Position numbers and translations under genes: made by a program. Positions 7,924 to 16,140 of a stretch of DNA of 32,000 nucleotides are shown here, piece by piece (position 1 is the stretch's first letter; every line of letters begins with the position of its first letter). The notes beneath the pieces are model-generated. The model was not told the origin of the DNA, ran no database searches, and worked only from the letters and a program-made list of their open reading frames with translations. Source of the stretch: Xanthomonas campestris pv. campestris str. ATCC 33913. Its GTDB lineage: Bacteria > Pseudomonadota > Gammaproteobacteria > Xanthomonadales > Xanthomonadaceae. The stretch is from contig NC_003902.1 in assembly GCF_000007145.1 (NCBI RefSeq), positions 2,756,497 to 2,788,496 on the forward strand. Direction: 5' to 3'.

Positions 7924-8385
7924 ATGGCACTGCTGATCTGGCAGGACGACCTCAACACCGGGATCGAGGTGATCGATCACCAACACCGCCGCATCGTGGA
8001 GATGATCAATCACCTGCACGTGGCGCAGACCAGCCTGCAGCGGTTGGTGGTGTCGGACGTGATCGACGAATTGATCGACTACACGTTGTCGCATTTCGCC
8101 TTCGAAGAGGAGCTGATGGAAGAAGCCGGCTACCCCTTCAGCCACGCCCACCAGCGCGTGCACGCGGTGTTCGCCAAGCGCGTTGGCGACTATCGCCTGC
8201 GTTTCCAGGCGGGCGAAGATATCAGCGACGAACTCCGCAACATGCTCTCGCGCTGGTTGTTCAACCACATCCGCGGCGACGATCAGGCCTACGCCCCGCA
8301 GGTGATCGCGCACCTGGACCAATTCAGCCGCACCCATCAACACGGCAGCTGGCTGGGACGGACGCTCAAGCGCTTGTTTCGCTGA
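7924..8385 (+). CDS. Bacteriohemerythrin (hemerythrin-like di-iron O2-binding protein).
   Basis: ORF 7906..8385, with the start probably at the ATG at 7924 ([21 protein letters not shown]). The full ligand pattern is present: H (DHQH), HFAFEE (HxxxE), HQRVH (HxxxH), NHIRGDD (HxxxxD). Confidence 0.88.
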   Translation: MALLIWQDDLNTGIEVIDHQHRRIVEMINHLHVAQTSLQRLVVSDVIDELIDYTLSHFAFEEELMEEAGYPFSHAHQRVHAVFAKRVGDYRLRFQAGEDISDELRNMLSRWLFNHIRGDDQAYAPQVIAHLDQFSRTHQHGSWLGRTLKRLFR

Positions 8386-8407
8386 TGCATTGGGTGGCTG
8401 AGCCCGC

Positions 8408-8894
8408 TTAGGAGCGCGCTTGCGCGCGACTGGGCGTATCGGTAATGCCGCATCGCGCGCAAGCGCGCTCCTACGGGTGTGTAAACCTTCGTCAAGCATC
8501 ATGATGCATTTACTGTGCGCGCTCCCTTGGCACATCATTTCAATCAGAACAAGCAGCCTGGTAGGAGCGCGCTCGCGCGCGACCAAGCGTTGTCGGTAAC
8601 GCCCATCGCGCGCAAGCGCGCTCCTACGGATATGTGGCCCATTTTCTTCAGCGCCACGGTGCATCAACTGCGCGCACTCTCTCGGCACATCATTTCAATC
8701 AGAACCAGCAGCCCTGGTAGGAGCGCGCTTGCGCGCGACCAACCGTTGTCGGTAACGCCCATCGCGCGCAAGCGCGCTCCTACGGAAGCGTGGCCCATTT
8801 TCTTCAGCGCCACGGTGCATCAACTGCGCGCACTCTCTGGGCACGTCATTTCAATCAGAACAAGCAGCCTGGTAGGAGCGCGCTTGCGCGCGAC
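8408..8894. repeat. Tandem array of a composite unit with a 153-156 bp period. Each unit holds a REP-like palindrome pair (family R1).
   Basis: REP left arms (g/t)taggagcgcgc(t/c)(t/c)gcgcgcgac start at 8408, 8561, 8717 and 8872. Matching right arms tcgcgcgcaagcgcgctcctac end at 8474, 8627 and 8783; the fourth copy lacks a clean right arm. The 85-90 bp spacers are themselves conserved between units (...cacggtgcatcaactgcgcgcactctc(t/g)ggcac(a/g)tcatttcaatcagaac...). The array lies between the convergent hemerythrin and MFS genes. Confidence 0.88.
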
Positions 8895-8954
8895 CAGACT
8901 TCACCGGCGTTGCAGTCACACTCAAGCGCTCAGATGCTCAGACGCGCGCCTACC

Positions 8955-10235
8955 TCAGCGCCGCGATCGACGTGCCAGCATCAACGCAAACAGGCTCAAC
9001 ACCGCCGCACCGCCGAGGTAATAACCTACCGCCTGCACGCCGTAGCGTGCGGCCAGTTGGGTGGCCACATACGGTGCCGGTGCCGCGCCCAGGATGCTGG
9101 CCAAATTGAACGACAACGACGCGCCGGTGTAACGCACTTCGGTGGGGTACAACTCGGCCAGCAATGTGCCACACGGGCCGTAAGTCAGGCCCATGAAAAA
9201 AAACCCCAGCGACAAAAACGCCAGCACCTGCAGCGGATGATTGGCCTGGAACAACGGCGCGAACGCCAGGCCGAAGGCCACGATCGCCACGCTGGCCAGC
9301 ATCATTGCCAGCGGCGCGCCGTGGCGGTCGCCGAACTTGGCTGAGATCGGAATCCCAAGCGCGAAAAACACGATGCCGGCCATCTGCAGCAGCAGGAACT
9401 GCTCCTTGTCGTAGCCCAACGTCTTGGTGCCGTAGCCCAGCGCAAACACCGTCATCAGGTAGAACAACACGAACGTTGCAAACGCGCCCAAGGTGCCGAT
9501 GATCAGTGCCGGCCAGTGCTGCGTAATCACCGTGCCCAGCGGCAGCCGCACACGGGTGTTGCGATCCAGGGCTTTCTGGAAGTCCGGGGTTTCGGTGATG
9601 CTCAGGCGCACCCACAGACCGGTGAGCACCAACGCGGCGCTGGCCAGGAAAGGGACGCGCCAGCCCCAGCGCATGAACTGCGCATCGTCCAGCAGCGCAC
9701 CCATGCCCAGAAAGGTGCCGGTGGAGAGCAAAAAGCCCAGCGGCGCCCCCAATTGCGGGAACATGCCGTACCACACGCGCTTGCCGGGTGGCGCGTTTTC
9801 GGTCGCAAGCAGCACCGCCCCACCCCACTCACCGCCCAGGCCCAACCCCTGGCCGAACCGGCACAGCGCCAGCAGCAACGGCGCGAACACGCCGATCTGC
9901 GCGTAGCTGGGCAGCAGCCCGATCGCCACGGTGGAAATGCCCATCGTCAGCAGTGCTGCCACCAGCGTGGCCTTGCGCCCGACACGATCGCCGAAGTGCC
10001 CGAACACCGCCGAGCCCACCGGCCGCGCGATGAAGGCCACCGCGAACGTCGCCAGCGACTGCAGCATGGCCGCGCCGCCATCGCCGGCCGGGAAGAACAA
10101 CGTGGGAAACACCAGCACCGCCGCGGTGGCGTAGATGTAGAAATCGAAAAACTCGATGGTGGTGCCGATCAGGCTGGCGAACAGCACGCGCGCAGGCGAA
10201 TTGATGGGCGTGGCGAGCGGCGTGGCGGCAGTCAT
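8955..10235 (-). CDS. MFS transporter of the metabolite:H+ symporter (MHS) family (KgtP/ShiA/ProP-like).
   Basis: 426 aa with about 12 predicted hydrophobic spans. MHS signatures present: IGTTIEFFDFYIY, GHFGDRVGRK, RFGQGLGLGGEWGGA. The substrate cannot be inferred. Confidence 0.85.
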   Translation of the reverse strand: MTAATPLATPINSPARVLFASLIGTTIEFFDFYIYATAAVLVFPTLFFPAGDGGAAMLQSLATFAVAFIARPVGSAVFGHFGDRVGRKATLVAALLTMGISTVAIGLLPSYAQIGVFAPLLLALCRFGQGLGLGGEWGGAVLLATENAPPGKRVWYGMFPQLGAPLGFLLSTGTFLGMGALLDDAQFMRWGWRVPFLASAALVLTGLWVRLSITETPDFQKALDRNTRVRLPLGTVITQHWPALIIGTLGAFATFVLFYLMTVFALGYGTKTLGYDKEQFLLLQMAGIVFFALGIPISAKFGDRHGAPLAMMLASVAIVAFGLAFAPLFQANHPLQVLAFLSLGFFFMGLTYGPCGTLLAELYPTEVRYTGASLSFNLASILGAAPAPYVATQLAARYGVQAVGYYLGGAAVLSLFALMLARRSRR

Positions 10236-10646
10236 CGAGGATCGGCATCCATAGGAAAGACGGCCGATTCTCGCAGATCACACCTGGGCGTTGCGCAGCC
10301 TCCGCCAGCCCGCAAAAGTTGCATGCGTTACCGAACCACACACAGTGCGCTGCGTGTCACGGTTGGCCCGGGACCGTCCGGGTGAAGAACGACGCTGTCT
10401 TGTGTTGAAGGCGAGACGGAGACGCCTGTAGACACGCGCTGTGCCTGGAGACGTCAGCTGCACTCAACACGGAAGAGGTGCATCACTACCGAAGAACAAT
10501 GCTGATCAACACGTTGTGCATCTGAAATCGCCCAGCCCGGCGCGCGGCAGGTAAACCTCACCGCGCCTGCAACGCCACACTGACCACGTTTCGAGATACG
10601 CGCAGCCGCACAGTCCGCCCCTGCGGCGAAGAGCAAACGCCTAGTA

Positions 10647-10946
10647 CTACCCGTCCGCCAACGACCCACGCTGCGCATGCGCATCCACACCCGCCGGCGT
10701 CAGCACTGCAAACTGGCGCTCGCTGCGCTCCTCCACCCGGATCCAGCCCGGGCCCGGCTGGCCATCCAGATTGGCGCTGCCCAGCCAGGCCAGCGTGCGC
10801 AGCAACACGCTCATGCGCACGCCAAGCTGCTTGCACAGCCGCGCCAGCGATACGCCCTCGGGCGCATCGGCCAGCGCGTGCAGCAGCTGCGCGGTGAGCT
10901 GTGGATCAGCGGACAAGCACCGCTCCGATATCACGCGGCGCGGCAT
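10647..10946 (-). CDS. Small winged-helix / HTH DNA-binding protein (MarR/ArsR-like fold); start uncertain.
   Basis: 99-aa ORF with very high third-position GC, read codon by codon, so it is likely translated. A helix-turn-helix-like core is present (GVSLARLCKQLGVRMSVLLRTLAWLG), followed by a beta-wing-like WIRVEE...FAVLTPAG. It is the last gene of the FdhD/YdeP operon. The listed ATG overlaps the upstream gene by 41 nt, and GTG or TTG starts further in are possible. Confidence 0.5.
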   Translation of the reverse strand: MPRRVISERCLSADPQLTAQLLHALADAPEGVSLARLCKQLGVRMSVLLRTLAWLGSANLDGQPGPGWIRVEERSERQFAVLTPAGVDAHAQRGSLADG

Positions 10947-13254
10947 CGGCGGTTTCTGCGCGATGCGGCAACACCACCACCGGGATCGATTTGGACGTGG
11001 GCGTGCGCGCTTCGTCGGCGAAGCTCGACAACGGCACCAACGCGTTGGTCTCCGGGTAATACGCGGCCAGGCAGCCGCGCGGGATGTTGTAGTCCACCAG
11101 CAGGAAGCGCCGCGCCTCGCGGTGCACGCCGTCTTCGCACAGGCTTTCCAGGTCCACCCAGTCGCCAGCCTTCATGTTCAACGCCGCGATATCGGCGCCG
11201 TTGATGAACAGCACGCGGCGCTCGCCAAACACGCCGCGGTAGCGATCGTCCAGGCCATAGATGGTGGTGTTGTATTGGTCGTGCGAACGCGTGGTGGCCA
11301 GCGTGAATACCATCTGCTCACCACGGCTGCGCCGCGCGCGATGGATCGGGTTGTCGGTGGGCACCGCATGCGGCTTGAACACCGCGCGTTGCTCCGGCGT
11401 CACCCACTGGCGGTCGCGCGCGGTATTGGACAGGCGGAAGCCGCCCGGCGTACGTACGCGCTGGTTGAAATCCGCGAAGTCCGGGAACACCTGCGCGATC
11501 AGATCGCGAATGCGGTCATAGTCGCCCACCAGCCAGCGCCAGCGGATCGCGCTGCGCGCGCCCAGCGTCGCCTCGGCCATGCGCGCCACGATCGCCGGCT
11601 CGGACAGCAGATCCTGCGACGCCGGCGGATTGATGCCGGCCGACAGGTGCACCATGCTCATCGAATCTTCCACGGTGACGCCTTGCGAGCCGGCGTCCTG
11701 GATGTCGATCTCGGTCCGCCCCAGGCACGGCAGGATCAATGCATCCTTGCCGTGCACCAGATGGCTGCGATTGAGCTTGGTGGTCACGTGCACAGTCAGC
11801 TCGCAATTGCGCAGCGCGCGGTGCGTGGCGTCGGTATCGGGCGTGGCCGCTGCGAAGTTGCCGCCCATCGCGAAGAACACCTTGCCGCGCCCGTCCAGCA
11901 TCGCCTCGATCGCACCAACCGTATCGAAACCGTCCGCACGCGGCGGGTCGAAGCCGAACACCGACTGCAGCGTGTCCAGGAACGTGGCCGGCGGCTTTTC
12001 GTAGATCATCATCGTGCGGTCGCCCTGCACGTTGCTGTGGCCGCGCACCGGGCACACGCCTGCGCCGGGGCGGCCCAGGTGGCCGCGCAGCAACAGCAGG
12101 TTGGTGATCATGTGGATGGTGGCCACCGAATGCTTGTGCTGGGTGATGCCCATGCCCCAGCAGGCGATCACGCGCTCGGCCTTGAGATAGATCTCGCCGG
12201 CCTTGCGCAGCGCGGCCTCGTCCAGGCCGGACTCTTCGACGATGGTGTCCCAGGATTCCGCATGCACGTCGGCAGCGAAGGCGTCGAAATTGGCGGTGTG
12301 CGCGTCGATGAATTCCAGGTCCAGCAAACGCGGCGTGCCATCGCGCTGTGCCTGCGCATCGCGCTCCAGCACGTGCTTGATCATGCCCTTCACCGCGGCC
12401 AGGTCGCCACCGATCTTGAGCTGAAAATAATCCGAGGCGATGCGCGTGGAACCGTTATGCAGCATCTCCAGCTTGTCCTGCGGGTCGGCAAATTTCTCCA
12501 GTCCGCGTTCGCGCAGCGGATTGAACGCGGCAATCGCTGCGCCACGCTTGGAGGCCTGGCGCAACTCGCCGAGCATGCGCGGATGGTTGGTGCCCGGGTT
12601 CTGGCCGAAGATCAGGATTGCATCGGCCAGCTCGAAATCATGCAGCGACACCGTACCCTTGCCCACACCGATCTGCGAGCGCAGCGCGGTGCCGGATGGC
12701 TCATGGCACATGTTCGAGCAATCGGGGAAATTGTTGGTGCCGAACTCGCGCACGAACAGCTGATACAGAAATGCCGCCTCATTGCTCGTGCGCCCGGAGG
12801 TGTAGAAGATCGCCTCGTCCGGCGTGGCCAGGCCATTGAGATGCCCGGCGATGTGCGCAAACGCGTCGTCCCAGCTCACCGGCACGTAATGGTCGGTCGC
12901 TGCGTCGTAGCGCATCGGATGCGTCAGGCGGCCCTGCCCTTCCAGCCAGTAGTCGCTGTACTGCGACAGCAGGCTCACGCTGTGGGAGGCAAACAACTCC
13001 AGCCCGGCGCGGCGCGCGGTGGATTCGGCGGCCACGGCCTTGGCGCCGTTCTCGCAGAATTCAAAGGTGGAGGTGTGGTCGCGATCCGGCCACGCGCAAC
13101 CCGGGCAATCGAAGCCGTCGGGCTGGTTGGCGTGCAGCAGCGTCTTGGCGCCCTGCACCGCGATGTCCTGTTCCATCAGGTGTTTGGCCACCGAGCGCAA
13201 TGCGCCCCAGCCGCCCGCGGGATTGTCGTACTGCTTGATGGTTTTCTTGCTCAT
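10906..13254 (-). CDS. FdhF/YdeP-family molybdopterin oxidoreductase (formate-dehydrogenase-related; substrate unknown).
   Basis: ORF 10906..13314, with the start at the ATG at 13254 (MSKKTIKQYDNPAGGWGAL), which forms an ATGA overlap with the fdhD stop. There is an N-terminal Cys cluster, FDCPGCAWPD...FEFCENG. A Cys-His dyad, NMCHEPSG (about 12703-12708), sits at the position of the Sec/Cys-His Mo ligand of formate dehydrogenases. There is also a long MopB-type domain and a C-terminal molybdopterin dinucleotide-binding-like tail. Confidence 0.9.
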   Translation of the reverse strand: MSKKTIKQYDNPAGGWGALRSVAKHLMEQDIAVQGAKTLLHANQPDGFDCPGCAWPDRDHTSTFEFCENGAKAVAAESTARRAGLELFASHSVSLLSQYSDYWLEGQGRLTHPMRYDAATDHYVPVSWDDAFAHIAGHLNGLATPDEAIFYTSGRTSNEAAFLYQLFVREFGTNNFPDCSNMCHEPSGTALRSQIGVGKGTVSLHDFELADAILIFGQNPGTNHPRMLGELRQASKRGAAIAAFNPLRERGLEKFADPQDKLEMLHNGSTRIASDYFQLKIGGDLAAVKGMIKHVLERDAQAQRDGTPRLLDLEFIDAHTANFDAFAADVHAESWDTIVEESGLDEAALRKAGEIYLKAERVIACWGMGITQHKHSVATIHMITNLLLLRGHLGRPGAGVCPVRGHSNVQGDRTMMIYEKPPATFLDTLQSVFGFDPPRADGFDTVGAIEAMLDGRGKVFFAMGGNFAAATPDTDATHRALRNCELTVHVTTKLNRSHLVHGKDALILPCLGRTEIDIQDAGSQGVTVEDSMSMVHLSAGINPPASQDLLSEPAIVARMAEATLGARSAIRWRWLVGDYDRIRDLIAQVFPDFADFNQRVRTPGGFRLSNTARDRQWVTPEQRAVFKPHAVPTDNPIHRARRSRGEQMVFTLATTRSHDQYNTTIYGLDDRYRGVFGERRVLFINGADIAALNMKAGDWVDLESLCEDGVHREARRFLLVDYNIPRGCLAAYYPETNALVPLSSFADEARTPTSKSIPVVVLPHRAETADAAPRDIGAVLVR

Positions 13255-14096
13255 GCGGGCTCTCCCACGGCAACGCCCAGGTCCAGGCGTTGAGGATGGC
13301 TGTAAACAACACAATCGTGATCGCGGGCAAACCCGATCAGGGTCAAACCCGCACTGTCGGCCAGACTGATCGCCAGCGCAGTGGGTGCCGAAATCGCCGC
13401 CAACAGCGGGATTCGGGCCTGCGCAGCTTTCATGGCCATCTCGTAACTTGCGCGGCTGGTCACCACCGCAAACCCTTGCGTTGCATCGACGCGCGCACGC
13501 GCCAACGCACCGATCAACTTGTCCAACGCGTTATGCCGGCCCACGTCTTCGCGGACCAACTGCACCATGCCCTGCGCATCGGCCCAACCGGCCGCGTGCA
13601 CCGCGCCGGTCTGCGCCGCGATGGGCTGCCGCGCGTGCAGTGCATCCAGCGCGCGCGCCAACGCGTCGACATCGATGCGCAATGCCGACTGCAGGACCGG
13701 CGGCACACGCAACACTGCTTCGATCGACTCGTTGCCGCACACCCCGCAACCGCTGCGCCCGTCCAGATTGCGCCGCCGCTGATCCAACGCGGCCGCGCGC
13801 TCGGGCGGGATCTCGATCTGCAGCGAGGCGCCTTCCAGAAAGGTGTCCACCGCCACCACCCGCAGGTCCTGCGGGTGGTCCACGATGCCCTCGCTCAACG
13901 AAAACCCCAGCGCGAAATCTTCCAGGTCTTCGGGGGTGGCCATCATCACTGCGAACGGCACGCCGTTGTAATTGAAGGCGACCGGCATTTCGGCCGCCAC
14001 CATGTCCTGCACGGTGGCGCTGCGGCCACCGCGATGGCGGCGGACCGTGCGCACCACACTGCCGGGGCGCACGGGAGTGGAAGGCTGGCCGGTCAT
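13251..14096 (-). CDS. fdhD: Formate dehydrogenase accessory sulfurtransferase FdhD.
   Basis: 281 aa. FdhD hallmarks present: GRSGCGVCGNESIE, EDVGRHNALDKLIGA, VVTSRASYEMAMKAA, ISAPTALAI. Confidence 0.92.
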   Translation of the reverse strand: MTGQPSTPVRPGSVVRTVRRHRGGRSATVQDMVAAEMPVAFNYNGVPFAVMMATPEDLEDFALGFSLSEGIVDHPQDLRVVAVDTFLEGASLQIEIPPERAAALDQRRRNLDGRSGCGVCGNESIEAVLRVPPVLQSALRIDVDALARALDALHARQPIAAQTGAVHAAGWADAQGMVQLVREDVGRHNALDKLIGALARARVDATQGFAVVTSRASYEMAMKAAQARIPLLAAISAPTALAISLADSAGLTLIGFARDHDCVVYSHPQRLDLGVAVGEPA

Positions 14097-14102
14097 CTCA
14101 TC

Positions 14103-15782
14103 TCAATGAAACAGCACGAAGGCTTTTTGCAGCGTGACCCAGATGCCGAATGCCATCGGGACGCCCACTGCCAACCAGGCAAACGCCACCAGCGCAGGAT
14201 TGCCGCCGTGGCCGATGCGCGCCATGTCTTCTGGCGCCAGCACGGCCTGCCCACTGCGGTCCACCTTTTCGTGGGCCAGCTGCTTTTCGCGCGCCAGTTC
14301 GTCGGGCGTCATGAAGTGACGCGCGGCCACCGGGCGCACCAGCAGGTTGCAGATCAGACCAAGCACGAGCATGCCGGCGAGGATGTACATGGTGGTGTTG
14401 TAGACCTGTGACGGCGGGCTGCCGTGCGCCAGCTGGTACTCGCGCATGTAGCCAACCACCACCGGGCCGAGGATGCCGGCAGTAGCCCAGGCGGTGAGCA
14501 GGCGGCCGTGGATGGCGCCGACCATCTGGGTCCCGAACAGGTCGGCCAGGTACGCGGGAATGGTGGCAAAGCCGCCGCCATACATCGACAGGATGATGCA
14601 GAAGATGCCCACGAACAGCGCGATACCGCCCACGCCGCCGGCCGACGGCGCCGCCGCGTACAGGCAGATGCCCAGCAGGAAGAACAGCGTGTAGGTGTTC
14701 TTGCGGCCGAGCTTGTCGGACATGCTGGCCCAGAAGAAGCGGCCACCGATGTTGAACAGGCTCAACAGGCCGGTGAAGCCGGCCGCAATCGCGGCGATGC
14801 TGGCCAGCTGCGCGGCATCCAGGCTGCCGAAGCCGGCATCCACACCGATCAGACGGCCGCCGAAGACTTCCTGCAGCATCGGCGAGGACATGCCGATCAC
14901 GCCGATACCGGCCGAGACGTTGAGGCACAGCACGCCCCACAGCAGCCAGAACTGCGGAATGCCCCAGACCTTTTTCACGTGCACGTGGTTGGCAGTGATC
15001 ATGGCGTTGTTGGAGGCCACCGGCGCGGTCCAGCCGGCCGGCGTCCAGCCGCTGGGCGGCACGCGGTAGCCGAAGGCGCCAGCCATCATGAAGACGAAAT
15101 ACAGCGCCGCCATCACCAGGAAGGTTTCCATCACGCCCACCGAGGTGGGGGTGGCGAAGTGGCGCATCAGCGCATCGGCCAGCGGGCTGCCGATCATCGC
15201 GCCGCCGCCGAAGCCCATGATCGCCATGCCGGTCGCCATGCCGCGGCGGTCCGGGAACCATTTGATCAGGGTGGACACCGGCGAGATGTAGCCCAGGCCC
15301 AGACCAATGCCGCCGATCACGCCCGAGCCCAGCCACAGCATCCAGATCTGGTGGAAGTGGATCCCGGCCGCGGAAATCACCAGGCCGCCGCACCAGCACA
15401 GTGCCGAGACCACGCCGGCCTTGCGCGGGCCGGCGCGTTCGAGCCAGCCGCCCCAGATCGCGGCCGAACAGCCCAGCAGCACGAAGAACAACGTGTACAT
15501 CCACTGCAGTTCGCTGATCTTCCAGTCGCAGGTGGTGGCCACCATGCGCGCGAACAGGCCCATGTCGGCCGGGCAGGCGATCGATTCGGTGATGCCCAGC
15601 GCCTTGGACAACGGCAGCCAGAACACGCTGAACCCGTAGGCCATGCCGATGCACAAATGAATCGCCAAGGCAGCCGGCGGCACCAACCAACGATTAAAAC
15701 CAGGCCGCGCCACAATGCGCTCCTTGGACAACAAACCGGCATCTGCGCCGTTGGCGTTCGCCACGGTGGACCCTTGCGTCAT
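14103..15782 (-). CDS. MFS transporter of the oxalate/formate antiporter (OFA) family.
   Basis: ORF 14103..15911, trimmed to the ATG at 15782 (MTQGSTVANAN...), which is preceded by AGGGGA 7-8 nt upstream. It is multi-spanning and hydrophobic, with OFA-like blocks: LCIGMAYGFSVF, GGWLERAGPRK, GLGLGYISPVSTLIKWFPDRRGMATGMAIMGFGGG, DKLGRKNT. It ends 6 bp before the fdhD start. Confidence 0.85.
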   Translation of the reverse strand: MTQGSTVANANGADAGLLSKERIVARPGFNRWLVPPAALAIHLCIGMAYGFSVFWLPLSKALGITESIACPADMGLFARMVATTCDWKISELQWMYTLFFVLLGCSAAIWGGWLERAGPRKAGVVSALCWCGGLVISAAGIHFHQIWMLWLGSGVIGGIGLGLGYISPVSTLIKWFPDRRGMATGMAIMGFGGGAMIGSPLADALMRHFATPTSVGVMETFLVMAALYFVFMMAGAFGYRVPPSGWTPAGWTAPVASNNAMITANHVHVKKVWGIPQFWLLWGVLCLNVSAGIGVIGMSSPMLQEVFGGRLIGVDAGFGSLDAAQLASIAAIAAGFTGLLSLFNIGGRFFWASMSDKLGRKNTYTLFFLLGICLYAAAPSAGGVGGIALFVGIFCIILSMYGGGFATIPAYLADLFGTQMVGAIHGRLLTAWATAGILGPVVVGYMREYQLAHGSPPSQVYNTTMYILAGMLVLGLICNLLVRPVAARHFMTPDELAREKQLAHEKVDRSGQAVLAPEDMARIGHGGNPALVAFAWLAVGVPMAFGIWVTLQKAFVLFH

Positions 15783-15912
15783 GCGTATTTCCCCTAACTG
15801 ACTGATGTGAAGTCCATTGATGGCTGCGATCGATCTGCGCGATCCGATGGGTGCAGCGGCGACGCTTGGGTCCGTCTGGTGGTCGTCTCGCGCATCATCG
15901 ACGATCACCACC

Positions 15913-15954
15913 GGTTTGCAACGCTTTACAGCGCGCCAAAGCGTCTCAAAAACC
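15913..15954. other. Extended imperfect hairpin in the divergent control region between the OFA-MFS operon and the aminotransferase gene.
   Basis: ggttt (15913-15917) pairs with aaacc (15950-15954). These enclose acgcttt (15921-15927) and aaagcgt (15938-15944). The function is unknown. Confidence 0.3.
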
Positions 15955-16140
15955 TGCCGCGCGCGGCCGCACGCAAGCGTTCCTTGAGGTTAGCGGCCGA
16001 CGCTGCGACTAATTGACTAGTCCCTATGGATTAGGCGTACGGCCGCCACGCGGCCCGGGTGCGCCAGGTGCGCGCCGCTGCGGTTCCAGATGACGCAGCT
16101 GCTGCCGTAGAGTCGGCCCATCCCCGCCCCGGAGTCTGCG

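Noticed and set aside
8408-8894. A possible CRISPR array, at this locus and at 18627-19147, suggested by regularly spaced repeats.
   Set aside because: The intervals between the repeats are conserved from unit to unit, so they are not unique spacers. The repeats are paired long palindromes of about 65 bp rather than 28-37 bp direct repeats. No cas genes or leader are present.
8515-9344. ORFs running through the repeat arrays and the repeat-filled spacer: 8515..9021, 8790..9344, 7888..8688, 18516..18701, 18775..19059, and 354..1583 / 928..1236 / 968..1360 at the first spacer.
   Set aside because: Their peptides are just the periodic translation of REP or tandem-repeat DNA (for example the recurring GRSALARDQ...IARKRAPT). 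They have no start context, and they overlap real genes at their ends.
10236-10646. A 410-bp gene-free interval with a locally lower-GC patch (about 10440-10530), considered as a possible sRNA or small-protein locus.
   Set aside because: It holds only short weak hairpins. The small ORFs (10278..10463, 10454..10690) lack coding bias. It is most simply the MFS promoter region plus the 3' UTR of the wHTH gene.
15783-16020. A Moco (molybdenum cofactor) riboswitch in the leader of the FdhD/YdeP operon.
   Set aside because: I could not find the conserved Moco-motif blocks on the minus strand by eye. Only a generic hairpin is present. An Infernal scan is needed before any claim.
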